Below, in pieces: positions 10,654 through 21,491 of a stretch of DNA of 64,000 bases (its first letter is position 1; each line of letters opens with the position of its first letter). This DNA comes from Pseudothermotoga sp. (GTDB lineage Bacteria; Thermotogota; Thermotogae; Thermotogales; DSM-5069): NCBI GenBank assembly GCA_031962025.1, contig JAVRKW010000001.1; one strand, written 5' to 3'. The notes beneath the pieces were generated by a model. The model had not been told where the DNA came from, ran no database searches, and saw nothing but the letters and a program-made list of their open reading frames with translations. The position numbers and the translations under genes are program-made.

Positions 10654-12435
10654 TTGAGAAAGTTCATTCTCTTTGTTTTTGATGTTGGTTTAACTTTTTT
10701 TGCTGGAATTGTGGCACTGTTTGTCAGACTTGGTTTTGACTGGCCAGAACTTGCAAAGTATTTTTGGAGTATACCTATTTACTGTTTGATAGCATCAGTT
10801 GTTTACACATTAAATGGTACTTACAGCATCGTCTGGCTATATGCATCTTTCAAGGATATGATTGTTCTGATCCGTGGATCTGTATTAGCTTATTTGCTGT
10901 CTGTTTTGTTTTTCCATCTGACAAAATCTATTGTTATGCCGCGTTCGGTTGGTATGATGACCTTTCTTGGTTCTGCAATGCTCTTGATGGCAAGTCGATT
11001 TTTCTGGCAGTGGCTCAACAGCGTACAACCATCTGGTAAGAAGAGAGTGCTGATAGTTGGTGCTGGCAGTGCAGGGACGATGTTGCTTGAAGATTTTGAG
11101 CACAGACCCAACCTTGGAAAGGTTGTGGGTTTTCTGGACGACTCTTCAAGAAAGATAGGTAGAAAAATTCACGGGGTACCGATCTTCGGTCCGATCGATC
11201 GAGCAAAGGACGTTATCCAGCTATTGAAAGTCGATGAAGTTATAATAGCTATTCCATCAGCCAATGCTGAGCAGATGAGAAGAATAGTTTCTCTGATTGA
11301 TCCGAAAACTGTGAAAATCCGCACTCTTCCGGGAATATATGAGCTGACAGACAGACAAGCAAAAGTGGGTTATCTGAGAGAACTGACGGTGGAAGATCTG
11401 CTTGGCAGGACTGAGACAAAAGTTGACTTAGAAATGATAAGATCCTATATAAAAGGTAAAAGAGTGCTCGTAACCGGTGCCGGTGGAAGCATAGGAAGTG
11501 AACTGTGCAGGCAACTTGCAAATCTTGAACCGTCGTTGCTCATATTACTTGGTAAAGGAGAAAACAGTATTTATCAAATAGACGAAGAACTGTCAATTGC
11601 CCATCCTGATCTGGTAAAAAAACGTGTAATAGCTGATGTGGCAGATGCTGTTAGAATGGAGCAAATTTTTGCTTTGATGCAGCCTCAGATAATATTTCAC
11701 GCGGCAGCTCACAAACACGTGCCGTTGATGGAGGAAAATCCATACGAGGCTGTTCGAGTAAATGCACTTGGAACAAAGATCCTTGCCGAGCTGTGCTGTA
11801 AATACAAAGCGGAAAAAATGGTATTCATTTCAACCGACAAAGCTGTGAATCCGTCATCGATAATGGGCGCAACAAAAAGACTTGCCGAACTGTTGCTTCT
11901 TTCTATCGATTCTGCATGTGAGACCAACTTCGTGATCGTCAGATTCGGCAATGTTATAGGCAGTAGAGGTAGTGTAATACCAAAATTCAATGCACAGATT
12001 GAAAGAGGAGGACCATTAACTGTCACAGATCCCAGGATGACAAGGTACTTCATGAGTATATCAGAGGCAGTTTCTCTTATCCTGCAAGCTGCGAGTTTTG
12101 GGACAAACAAGGATCTATTCGTGCTGGATATGGGTAAACCTGTTTCAATAGATGAACTTGCAAGGACTTTGATAATCCTGCACGGTCTTGTTCCTGACCA
12201 AGATATCAAGATAATTTACACGGGAGCCAGAAATGGTGAGAAAATAACAGAGGAGCTTTTTTACCAGGATGAGATCGTCATGCCAACATCTCATCCAAAG
12301 GTGATGGTGGTAAAAAATAAAAAATCCGTTGATTACAATACTCTGTGTCATACCATAGATCAAATTCTGCAAATTTCTGTAAACGAACCTGATCAAGTAG
12401 CTGAGAAAATCTACAAATTTTTGAGGTCATTTTGA
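10654..12435 (+). CDS. CapD/PglF-type UDP-sugar 4,6-dehydratase
   Basis: N-terminal TM helices; GAGSAG, TGAGGSIGSE, HAAAHKHVP, STDKAVNP and RFGNV motifs. Confidence 0.93.
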   Translation: MRKFILFVFDVGLTFFAGIVALFVRLGFDWPELAKYFWSIPIYCLIASVVYTLNGTYSIVWLYASFKDMIVLIRGSVLAYLLSVLFFHLTKSIVMPRSVGMMTFLGSAMLLMASRFFWQWLNSVQPSGKKRVLIVGAGSAGTMLLEDFEHRPNLGKVVGFLDDSSRKIGRKIHGVPIFGPIDRAKDVIQLLKVDEVIIAIPSANAEQMRRIVSLIDPKTVKIRTLPGIYELTDRQAKVGYLRELTVEDLLGRTETKVDLEMIRSYIKGKRVLVTGAGGSIGSELCRQLANLEPSLLILLGKGENSIYQIDEELSIAHPDLVKKRVIADVADAVRMEQIFALMQPQIIFHAAAHKHVPLMEENPYEAVRVNALGTKILAELCCKYKAEKMVFISTDKAVNPSSIMGATKRLAELLLLSIDSACETNFVIVRFGNVIGSRGSVIPKFNAQIERGGPLTVTDPRMTRYFMSISEAVSLILQAASFGTNKDLFVLDMGKPVSIDELARTLIILHGLVPDQDIKIIYTGARNGEKITEELFYQDEIVMPTSHPKVMVVKNKKSVDYNTLCHTIDQILQISVNEPDQVAEKIYKFLRSF

Positions 12436-12439
12436 GAGG

Positions 12440-13327
12440 TTGCAGATGAGCTTTATAATATCATTCTTTTTGAGTCTGCTGTTTGTCAGATTCTTCCCGC
12501 AGAAATTTCCTGTAGATCTGCCGAGCAGCAGAAAGATTCATAAAATACCAATACCGCTGACCGGTGGGATAGCTATTTTTGTGGCTTTGCTTGTGGTGGA
12601 AAACCAGACTAAAATGGCATTAATCATCTGTCTTGCATTCTTTTTGGGCATCTTAGACGATATTGAGCAGCTATCATACAAAATAAAATTACCATTCCAG
12701 TTAATGATAGCTCTTGTCCAAATGATGATCGGTCCAGATGAGATATATTTTCTTTCCAATCCATTGCCCGGGTTTGTCGCAAAGATTGTTCAGGTATTCT
12801 GGTTCATGTCCATGTTCAATGCCCTGAACATGATCGATGGAATGGATGCGCTTGCATGTTCTACCTCAATGATCAGTGCATTTTTAATTGGCGAATGGCC
12901 TCTTGGTCTTGCAATTGCAGGTTTTTTACCCTTCAATCTGCCAAAAGCGAAATCGTTTCTTGGTAACAGTGGCTCAGCTATTCTGGGAGCTGTTCTACCA
13001 CTCTCTGCTCTCGTTTTTTTCAAAGGAGATCTGTGCTACGCAACAGTTTTTCTAGGATATCCTGCTTATGAAGTTGTGAGCAGTTTTTTACGACGCACAA
13101 TCAGGCACAAAAACCCTTTCATCGCTGACAAAAACCACACACATCATCTTTTCATGAGAAAAATAGGTGTCTGGCGAACTCTGGTTCTGTTGATTGGATT
13201 TTCTTTTATGTGTAACCTTTTGGGACTAACCGAAAAATTCTGGTCCTTCGGTGTTTTTCTTTTGATCTGTACCGGGCTGTTCATCTACTGCTTTTCTAAG
13301 GGCAGCCACAGCAACCTCGATCTGTGA
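12440..13327 (+). CDS. WecA/TagO-type (MraY family) glycosyl-1-phosphate transferase
   Basis: RKIH..PIPLTGG, GILDD, NALNMIDGMD, FLGNSGS and HTHH motifs; multi-TM. Confidence 0.88.
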   Translation: MQMSFIISFFLSLLFVRFFPQKFPVDLPSSRKIHKIPIPLTGGIAIFVALLVVENQTKMALIICLAFFLGILDDIEQLSYKIKLPFQLMIALVQMMIGPDEIYFLSNPLPGFVAKIVQVFWFMSMFNALNMIDGMDALACSTSMISAFLIGEWPLGLAIAGFLPFNLPKAKSFLGNSGSAILGAVLPLSALVFFKGDLCYATVFLGYPAYEVVSSFLRRTIRHKNPFIADKNHTHHLFMRKIGVWRTLVLLIGFSFMCNLLGLTEKFWSFGVFLLICTGLFIYCFSKGSHSNLDL

Positions 13328-14116
13328 ATCATCGGGTATGGCTGTTGTGAGTTTTTGAAGTATCAAACCAGGGGAAGTCAGAATTTTCATGAGTTTTGAA
13401 CCCATAGAGGATATTCTCAAAAATTCATACGAAAATCCTATTACAACCGGAATCAGTACTATCCTGCTGAGTACTTTCCAGAATATTCCAAGAGAAACTA
13501 ATGAACCAAGTACGCTGAAAACGACAATGGAGATTATCAAAAAAATCATGGCAAAGCTCGTTCCACACCTTGGATGGATTGTGCTGTATTTTCTAATATT
13601 TTGGACAGTCAACTCTTCATTTGCCTCGTATGCGTGAATGACCATGTGCTCAGCACCGTGATACTGAAAGATTCTCTTCACATCTTTGAAAAGTGAAATG
13701 ACATAGACATATAGCAAAAACAAGCCCAATCTGATCAAGCCTTCAACAAGAGAGAATACAAACTCATTGCCTCTTAAAGGCTTTAATAGATTTGTCAGAA
13801 AAACCGGTAAAACGAAGAAAAGACCTACAGCCAGGACAATAGCAAAGAGCAGCGATGTAATGGCTTGTGATTTTTTCATTTTTTGCCCGGAACTTATTTC
13901 AGCAGACCTGTCAAGTGCGTATATCCCGTAGTAAAGAGAATAGTAAAGGCTGACAATCCCTCTTAGAAAAGCTATTCTGAACAGTTTGGAATTCGATGGA
14001 GTTTTTTTGCCGATCTCTTCAACCACCACTTTTCCTTTGTTGTCTCTGACTGCTATTGCCACATTTGTGCCCATCATCAGCACGCCTTCGATGATCGCTT
14101 GTCCTCCAACTTTCAT
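13226..14116 (-). CDS. DUF1385 membrane protein
   Basis: VGGQAIIEGV, FQYHGAEH and HPRCGTSF motifs; start moved to ATG 14116 after a GAGGAGG RBS. Confidence 0.88.
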   Translation of the reverse strand: MKVGGQAIIEGVLMMGTNVAIAVRDNKGKVVVEEIGKKTPSNSKLFRIAFLRGIVSLYYSLYYGIYALDRSAEISSGQKMKKSQAITSLLFAIVLAVGLFFVLPVFLTNLLKPLRGNEFVFSLVEGLIRLGLFLLYVYVISLFKDVKRIFQYHGAEHMVIHAYEANEELTVQNIRKYSTIHPRCGTSFAMIFLIISIVVFSVLGSLVSLGIFWKVLSRIVLIPVVIGFSYEFLRISSMGSKLMKILTSPGLILQKLTTAIPDDSQIEVAVAALRKAVDEQPGTDQKKNTEGPEFFG

Positions 14117-15426
14117 GTCCTTTCCTCCTCGTGACATTCAGGCATAATCACTGTAAATTCACTTCCTTCATTGGGTTTACTTTTAACATCTATCTTGCAT
14201 CCCATTATTCGAGAGAGTTTTTCAACCAAAGACAGACCCAAGCCATACCCATTGCTCGATCTCGATTTATCGGCTTTGTAGAACTTTCGAAAGATCTTTT
14301 CTTTTTCCGATTCATCTATTCCTATGCCAAAATCCTTGACACTTATCCATCCATTACCGCATCTTAGAATCACCTGTTTTTTATCTTTTGAGAACTTTAT
14401 CGCATTTTCAGTCAGGGCTTTGACGATAATCTGCAATACCTTTGGATCTGCACAGCCACTTCCCTCTCCTTCCACATCTATTTGAAAATCACTGAACTGG
14501 TGCTTAAATTCATCAGCTAACTCCTGCAAAAATGGTCTTAATTCGATAGTTTTTATTTCCAATTTGGTTATAGGTTTTGAGAGCATAAGCAATGTCTCAG
14601 AAAGGTTAATGAGTTTTACAGAAGTCTCCTGTATTGTCTGAGCCGATTCTATGACGATATCTTTTCTGTCGGCAAAGCGCTGAATCAATTCCGCATAACC
14701 CTGTATTGTGGTCAGGGGTGTTCTCAGTTCATGTGAAACATCGTTTATGAAATCGTTCTGGGCTTCAAAACCGATCTTCAAGCGATCGAGCATGTTGTTG
14801 ATAGTCCTGGCAAGCTTGGAAACTTCGTCGTTGAGTCCAGGATCGTAGACCCTTTTTGTCAGATCTGTTGTGTTTATCTCTTTCAATTCATCTGTGATTC
14901 TATTCATCGGTGCAAGGGATTTACTGACAAAGTAATTACCCACAAGAAAAGATATTCCGCTGAAGAATATCCAGAAGATGATAAATGCCCGCGACAAAAT
15001 TTTCAGAAAATCTCCCATACCTCCTGCTGGAGCGAGCAAGTAAAAATCTCTTTCTCCAAAAACGCTTACAAATCTGGCTTTTGCGACAAAATATTCATCC
15101 TTCCCGAGTTTTATGTAAGTTGGTCGTCTCACTTTCAAAACCTGTTCAACGAATTTCCTAAAATATTCATGTTCTGTGTTGATGCTTCCCAATACCAAAT
15201 TTCCATTATCATCCAGTACAGCTACACCCGGTGGTAGCTGAAGGTTCATTAAAACTCTCCCGGGCATTTTGAGAGCGTTTAGTACATCTCTTCTGAGATT
15301 TTCTGTCGAGCGATTCAGGTGCATATTCTTGACCAAAGTGTAGGCAGTTATCAATCCAAGACCGAGTATTACGGAAAAAAGCACCGTCTGCCAGAACACC
15401 ATTTTCCATTTAAGTGTTGAGAACAT
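14113..15426 (-). CDS. HAMP-domain sensor histidine kinase
   Basis: Two TMs, HAMP domain, SHELRTPLT H-box, and N/D/F/G boxes (ENAIKF, DFGIGI, GYGLGL). Confidence 0.93.
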   Translation of the reverse strand: MFSTLKWKMVFWQTVLFSVILGLGLITAYTLVKNMHLNRSTENLRRDVLNALKMPGRVLMNLQLPPGVAVLDDNGNLVLGSINTEHEYFRKFVEQVLKVRRPTYIKLGKDEYFVAKARFVSVFGERDFYLLAPAGGMGDFLKILSRAFIIFWIFFSGISFLVGNYFVSKSLAPMNRITDELKEINTTDLTKRVYDPGLNDEVSKLARTINNMLDRLKIGFEAQNDFINDVSHELRTPLTTIQGYAELIQRFADRKDIVIESAQTIQETSVKLINLSETLLMLSKPITKLEIKTIELRPFLQELADEFKHQFSDFQIDVEGEGSGCADPKVLQIIVKALTENAIKFSKDKKQVILRCGNGWISVKDFGIGIDESEKEKIFRKFYKADKSRSSNGYGLGLSLVEKLSRIMGCKIDVKSKPNEGSEFTVIMPECHEEERT

Positions 15427-16063
15427 ATCCAACTCCCCTGATGGTCTTTATCATGTGACCATATTCTTTCATTTTATCTCTCAGGTATTTCACATAAACA
15501 TCAACAATATTCTTGCTTATGTATTCGCTGTCACCCCAGATTTCTTTGAGCAATTCTTCTCTACTCACAACCTTGCCTTCATTTATGCAGAGATAGTAAA
15601 GCAGGCTACTTTCCCTTTCTGAAAGCACTGTGGCTGAACCGTCTGGAAAGATCACCATCTTTGAATTTATATCAAAAACAAGCTGCCCAATTTTGAACTG
15701 TTCTGGTTTTCTCACTCTCCTTGCAACTGCTTCGACTCTTGCCAGTAACTCATCTAAGTGGAACGGTTTGGGTACGTAGTCATCTGCACCTTTTTTGAGA
15801 CCACGTATCTTGTTCTCCACTTCTCCGCGAGCTGTCAATACGATTATCCCAACTTCTTCATCTACAGACCTTATTTTTTCAAGGACTTCAAAACCATCCA
15901 TACCGGGTAACATCAAATCAAGTATCACCAGAGAAGGATTATACATCGAGTACATCTTCCATCCTTCTTCGCCTGTACCTGCGACGTATACCTCATACCC
16001 GTGATTCGAAAAGAGTATTTCCAGAAGGCGGGATATTTTTTGATCATCTTCCACTATTAACAA
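15410..16063 (-). CDS. OmpR-family response regulator (start uncertain: TTG 16063 or ATA 16069)
   Basis: Receiver domain plus winged helix (VDVYVKYLR, TIRGVGY). Confidence 0.92.
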   Translation of the reverse strand: MLIVEDDQKISRLLEILFSNHGYEVYVAGTGEEGWKMYSMYNPSLVILDLMLPGMDGFEVLEKIRSVDEEVGIIVLTARGEVENKIRGLKKGADDYVPKPFHLDELLARVEAVARRVRKPEQFKIGQLVFDINSKMVIFPDGSATVLSERESSLLYYLCINEGKVVSREELLKEIWGDSEYISKNIVDVYVKYLRDKMKEYGHMIKTIRGVGYVLNT

Positions 16064-16601
16064 CCTTATTCTGCATCAACTCCTTGTACTCCTTGACTAT
16101 CCTGTTGGCATACTCTGTTTTCATATTACCACCATTGTACATCTCAAGTGCTTTTAACAGGTTGCCAGAGTACCTGTCGAGCAGGTACTTGAGATATAGA
16201 ATACCATATTCAATGTTTATGCGAAAATCCCATAAAAGAGCCGACCATCCTCCCTCTGGTTCGGCGAGTGAATATTTCTGAGCTACGAATTCTGCCGTTT
16301 CTTTTTTTATCTGGACCAATCCCATTTCTCCAGCCATACCGACCACATTTCTGAACTCACTCTCGACGTTTATAAGTGCTATTACTAAGATTGGGTCAAA
16401 ATCATATTTTTTACTTATCTCTACGATTGCCGTGTACAGTTCATCGATGATCTCATTGTCAACAATCAAACCGTGCCTGGACCTTGCTTGTACGACCATG
16501 TCTCTAAACCAATCTGGTGCAGGTTCTGCAATTAACAAAGCTGCGATCAAAATGACAATCAACGTCGCTATCTTCAATTTCCCAGCAAACACTTTTTGCA
16601 C
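16044..16601 (-). CDS. Soluble lytic transglycosylase (SLT domain)
   Basis: ALINVES (catalytic Glu), GLVQI and YNGG motifs; N-terminal TM/signal. Confidence 0.88.
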   Translation of the reverse strand: MQKVFAGKLKIATLIVILIAALLIAEPAPDWFRDMVVQARSRHGLIVDNEIIDELYTAIVEISKKYDFDPILVIALINVESEFRNVVGMAGEMGLVQIKKETAEFVAQKYSLAEPEGGWSALLWDFRINIEYGILYLKYLLDRYSGNLLKALEMYNGGNMKTEYANRIVKEYKELMQNKVVNSGR

Positions 16602-16644
16602 CTCCAGAGCTCTGATCTGTTATAATTTCACAGGGTGGAACTTT

Positions 16645-18045
16645 GTGGAAGCTCTTTATCGCAAATACAGGCCAAAGAACTTCAACCAAATTATAGACCA
16701 GTTACAAGCCAAACTGGTTCTTCAGAATGCGATTCTGAAAGATAAGGTGTCCCATGCATACATTTTCACTGGTCCTCGCGGTACCGGAAAAACTTCAGTG
16801 GCAAGAGTACTGGCAAAAGCCTTGAACTGCCCCAACAGGAATGATTATGAGCCGTGCTGTCAGTGTGATAGCTGTATTGCAATCGACAAGGGTATACATC
16901 CTGATGTTATAGAACTCGATGCAGCTTCCAATAGGGGAATAGATGAGATTCGCAGGATTAGAGATGCTGTAGGCTTTAGACCAATGCTTGGCAAATACAA
17001 AGTTTACATAATCGATGAATTTCACATGCTCACACGTGAGGCATTCAATGCTTTATTGAAAACCTTGGAAGAACCACCCGAGAAAATAACCTTTATCCTT
17101 GCGACAACAAATCTGGAAAAGGTACCGAGTACCATAATCTCAAGGTGCCAGGTAATTGAATTTAAAAATTTCACCGAAGACGATCTTGTCAAAAACCTTT
17201 TACAGATCTCGGAAAAGGAAAATCTGAAACTTCACGAAGATGCGGCAAAATTGATCGCAAAAAGATCGGCTGGTGGGATGAGAGATGCTCTGTCTTATTT
17301 AGAGCAAATCGCTAATTACACTACGGACGATATAACAAGCTTGGTTGTCGAAAAAGCCCTCGGTCTTGTGCCTTCACAGACTGTTGAGAGATACATCGAG
17401 TATCTACTGGGCGGAAAGGTCTCACAAATAGATCGGCTGATCGACAGTGTCTTCGAAGATGGCTATGATGTCTACCAGCTTGTTCAGCTGGCAATTGAAA
17501 AAATAGAGGAAAAAATTTCAGAAAAACCATCCAGAGAATTGCTCGAACTTGCCAGAAACTTGATTGAAATATCCAGAGAATTGAGATTTGCAGAGAACAA
17601 GAAAGTCATCTGTAAGATTTTATCGATGAATCTTGCAAATGCACATCTATCAGAGCAAACAACCTCGGAAAAGCCTGTTGAGCAAATTCACAAGAAAGAT
17701 TCAGTTGGAGAAATCAACAGCAAAACTCGATTAGAGGATAACTCTGAATCTGAAATTGAAAAAGTGCTGAACTGGATAAAAGAAGAAAAAGACACATCGA
17801 TATACGTCGCACTTGCCCAGTCAAAAATCGTCCAAAAAGGTGATACTGTTGAGATATCATTTCTTCCATCTCAGAAGTTTCAATACGAGTATCTGAGAGA
17901 AAAGATCCTTGAAGTTGAGTATCTTTTCAAATCAAAGATGAAGAAAGACGTTGTGATAAACATCATCATTGACGAAGAACGGGAAAAAAGGATACTTCAA
18001 AAACTCCAGGAAAGCTTTCCAGGCAAAATTCGCATAGAGGAGTGA
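16645..18045 (+). CDS. dnaX: DNA polymerase III subunit gamma/tau
   Basis: ALYRKYRP, GPRGTGKT, Zn cysteines, IIDEFHML and SRC; true start is probably GTG 16645 (the ORF track over-extends into the SLT gene). Confidence 0.95.
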   Translation: MEALYRKYRPKNFNQIIDQLQAKLVLQNAILKDKVSHAYIFTGPRGTGKTSVARVLAKALNCPNRNDYEPCCQCDSCIAIDKGIHPDVIELDAASNRGIDEIRRIRDAVGFRPMLGKYKVYIIDEFHMLTREAFNALLKTLEEPPEKITFILATTNLEKVPSTIISRCQVIEFKNFTEDDLVKNLLQISEKENLKLHEDAAKLIAKRSAGGMRDALSYLEQIANYTTDDITSLVVEKALGLVPSQTVERYIEYLLGGKVSQIDRLIDSVFEDGYDVYQLVQLAIEKIEEKISEKPSRELLELARNLIEISRELRFAENKKVICKILSMNLANAHLSEQTTSEKPVEQIHKKDSVGEINSKTRLEDNSESEIEKVLNWIKEEKDTSIYVALAQSKIVQKGDTVEISFLPSQKFQYEYLREKILEVEYLFKSKMKKDVVINIIIDEEREKRILQKLQESFPGKIRIEE

Positions 18046-18396
18046 GTGGATGTGAAAAAAATTAAAGGATTCGGTGGAAGGAGTTATGGCAAGCCTGAGA
18101 GACCAGAAGGCATTGAAAAGCTCCAGCAACAGATGAAAGAGCAGTTTGAGAAAATCGAAGAAGAGTTCGAGAAAATAGAGGTTATTGGAACATCTGGCGG
18201 AGGAGCCGTTAAAATAACTGCAAAGTGCAATTATGAAGTTTCTGCTATAGAATACGATGATTCACTGCTTGAGGATCGTGAGATGTTCAACGATTTACTG
18301 ATTGCGGCAATCAATGAAGCCATGAGGGAAGTTACAAAGAAAAGGAATGAGGAATTCTCAAAAGTTGTTGGCTTTGAAGGTCTTCCCAATTTGTGA
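18046..18396 (+). CDS. ybaB: YbaB/EbfC nucleoid-associated protein
   Basis: GTSGGGAVKI and DLLIAAINEA motifs; position directly after dnaX. Confidence 0.9.
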   Translation: MDVKKIKGFGGRSYGKPERPEGIEKLQQQMKEQFEKIEEEFEKIEVIGTSGGGAVKITAKCNYEVSAIEYDDSLLEDREMFNDLLIAAINEAMREVTKKRNEEFSKVVGFEGLPNL

Positions 18397-18408
18397 GATT
18401 TTACACAA
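18391..18408. promoter_or_regulatory. Probable Rex operator upstream of gap
   Basis: TTGTGAGATTTTACACAA versus the Rex consensus TTGTGA-N6-TCACAA (one mismatch). Confidence 0.7.
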
Positions 18409-18431
18409 ATTCGTAAATGTTGTAAACATAA

Positions 18432-19473
<1,042 letters not shown>

Positions 19474-19475
<2 letters not shown>

Positions 19476-19499
19476 GGGGAGTTCTTCCTCCCCTCTTTT
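19474..19499 (+). terminator. Intercistronic hairpin between gap and pgk (attenuator or mRNA-stability element)
   Basis: GAGGGGAG-ttcttc-CTCCCCTC followed by TTTT. Confidence 0.6.
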
Positions 19500-19511
19500 G
19501 GAGGTGGAAAG

Positions 19512-20705
19512 ATGAAAAAATTAACGATAAAGGACGTAGATCTATCTGGTAAAACCGTGATAATGAGAGTGGATTTCAACGTACCCATAGATAAAGAAGG
19601 AAAGGTATCTGATGATACAAGGATCGTTGCGGCTTTACCGACCATAAAGTACGCTGTCGAGAAAAAGGCAAAAGTTATCTTGCTCTCTCATCTTGGCAGA
19701 CCAAAAGGTGGACCAGACCCAAAATACAGTCTCAAACCAGTTGCAGATCATCTCAGAAAAATTTCTGGTTTGAATGTCTCATTCGTACCACAGCTCATCG
19801 GTGAAGAGGTAAAACAGGCTGTTAAGAATATGATGCCCGGGGACATCTTGGTTCTGGAAAACACCAGGTTTCACCCGGGGGAAGAAAAAAACGATCTGGA
19901 ACTTGCAAAAGCATGGGCTGAACTTGCAGATATCCATGTTAATGATGCTTTTGGCACAGCTCATAGAGCACATTCCTCAAATGTCGGTATAGCCACATTC
20001 ATACCGAGTGTCGCAGGCTTTTTGATGGAAAAAGAGATTGAATTTCTCAGTAAGGTCACCTATGAGCCTGAACATCCATATGTGGTGGTTCTGGGTGGAG
20101 CAAAGGTTTCAGATAAAATAGGAGTCATAACAAATCTTTTGAACAAAGCAGATAGATTACTCATAGGTGGAGCAATGATGTTCACATTTTTCAAAGCGCA
20201 GGGTATACCCGTGGGCTCATCTCTTGTCGAAGATGACAAGTTAGAACTTGCAAGGGAAATTCTCAATCAAGCCCAGCAGAAGAAAGTTCAGATAGTATTG
20301 CCAGTCGATGCGGTTATAGCTCAAAAAATGGAAGCTGGTGCACAGACAAAAATCGTTCAGATCAAAGATGGTATACCAGATGGATGGATGGGTCTTGACA
20401 TAGGACCACAGACGATAAAACTGTTTGAGGAATCTCTCAAAGATGCCAAAACAGTTGTCTGGAATGGTCCCATGGGTGTTTTTGAAATAGATGACTTTGC
20501 AAAAGGAACAAAAGCCGTTGCACAGTTGATAGCAAAAGTCAATGGCACGACCGTCATTGGAGGAGGAGATTCTGCGGCTGCAGTTGCCAAATTCGGTCTT
20601 GAGACGGCATATTCACACGTTTCAACAGGTGGTGGAGCATCGCTCGAATTTCTCGAAGGCAGAGAACTTCCGGGTATTACAAGCATAGCAGATAAAAAAA
20701 AATAG
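19512..20705 (+). CDS. pgk: Phosphoglycerate kinase (N-terminal part of the PGK-TPI fusion)
   Basis: [23 protein letters not shown] and [11 protein letters not shown] motifs; ends in an A9 run. Confidence 0.98.
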   Translation: MKKLTIKDVDLSGKTVIMRVDFNVPIDKEGKVSDDTRIVAALPTIKYAVEKKAKVILLSHLGRPKGGPDPKYSLKPVADHLRKISGLNVSFVPQLIGEEVKQAVKNMMPGDILVLENTRFHPGEEKNDLELAKAWAELADIHVNDAFGTAHRAHSSNVGIATFIPSVAGFLMEKEIEFLSKVTYEPEHPYVVVLGGAKVSDKIGVITNLLNKADRLLIGGAMMFTFFKAQGIPVGSSLVEDDKLELAREILNQAQQKKVQIVLPVDAVIAQKMEAGAQTKIVQIKDGIPDGWMGLDIGPQTIKLFEESLKDAKTVVWNGPMGVFEIDDFAKGTKAVAQLIAKVNGTTVIGGGDSAAAVAKFGLETAYSHVSTGGGASLEFLEGRELPGITSIADKKK

Positions 20706-21460
20706 ATAGAATCATCTTAGCCGGTAACTGGAAAATGAATAAAACCAATGAGCAAGCCAAATTTTTCGTCAACAAACTCGCTCAGGACCTGGCGGGCATG
20801 AATTTTAAAATAGTGCTATGCCCGCCTTTTGTTTGTCTTTCTGACGTTGCAGAAATACTCAAAAAAAGCAATCTGTACCTTGGTGCACAGAATTGTCATT
20901 ACGAAAAATCTGGTGCTTTCACAGGTGAGATTTCTCCTGTAATGTTAAAAGAACTGAATGTTGAGTATGTGATCATCGGTCATTCTGAGCGCCGTCATAT
21001 CTTTGGTGAGACAGATGAAATAATCAACAAAAAAATCAGAGCTGTACTCAGCAATGGCATGAAGCCAATTATATGTGTCGGTGAGACTAAGGAAGAAAGA
21101 GAAAAAGGATTGACCTTCTGTGTTGTTGAATCTCAGATCAGACAAGCTCTTTTTGGCTTGAGCAAAGATGATGTTAAAAAGGTCGTGATAGCCTATGAAC
21201 CAGTCTGGGCAATTGGAACGGGAATAGTTGCAAAGCCATACCAAGCACAGCAGGTGCATTTGTTCATACGAAGATTGCTTGAACAGCTCTATGATCAAGA
21301 ACTTGCTCAACAGATACCCATTCTGTACGGAGGAAGCATTAAACCCGAAAACTTTCTTGGATTGATGGTTCAGCCAGACATCGATGGCGGTCTGGTGGGT
21401 GGAGCAAGTCTTGATGATCAGTTTGTTGAACTTGCAAAAATAGTCTCCTGGTTAATATAA
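20702..21460 (+). CDS. tpiA: Triosephosphate isomerase, reached by -1 frameshift from pgk
   Basis: The frame is open upstream of Met 20735 as [34 protein letters not shown] and GGLVGGAS motifs. Confidence 0.93.
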   Translation: MDRIILAGNWKMNKTNEQAKFFVNKLAQDLAGMNFKIVLCPPFVCLSDVAEILKKSNLYLGAQNCHYEKSGAFTGEISPVMLKELNVEYVIIGHSERRHIFGETDEIINKKIRAVLSNGMKPIICVGETKEEREKGLTFCVVESQIRQALFGLSKDDVKKVVIAYEPVWAIGTGIVAKPYQAQQVHLFIRRLLEQLYDQELAQQIPILYGGSIKPENFLGLMVQPDIDGGLVGGASLDDQFVELAKIVSWLI

Positions 21461-21464
21461 ACGA

Positions 21465-21491
21465 GCAAGCCCCTTAATGGGGCTTGTTTTT
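21465..21491 (+). terminator. Rho-independent terminator after tpi
   Basis: GCAAGCCCC-ttaat-GGGGCTTGT followed by a T run. Confidence 0.8.

Noticed and set aside
16432..16644. N-terminal extension of DnaX in the ORF track
   Set aside because: It overlaps the opposite-strand SLT gene; homology begins at GTG 16645.
17981..17991. dnaX gamma/tau frameshift site (AAAAAAG)
   Set aside because: It is not in the A_AAA_AAG phase and lies only about 20 codons from the stop.
20735..21460. Stand-alone 241-aa TPI as given in the ORF track
   Set aside because: It would lack the conserved AGNWK segment containing the catalytic Lys, and it has no clear RBS; the frameshift fusion explains the locus better.
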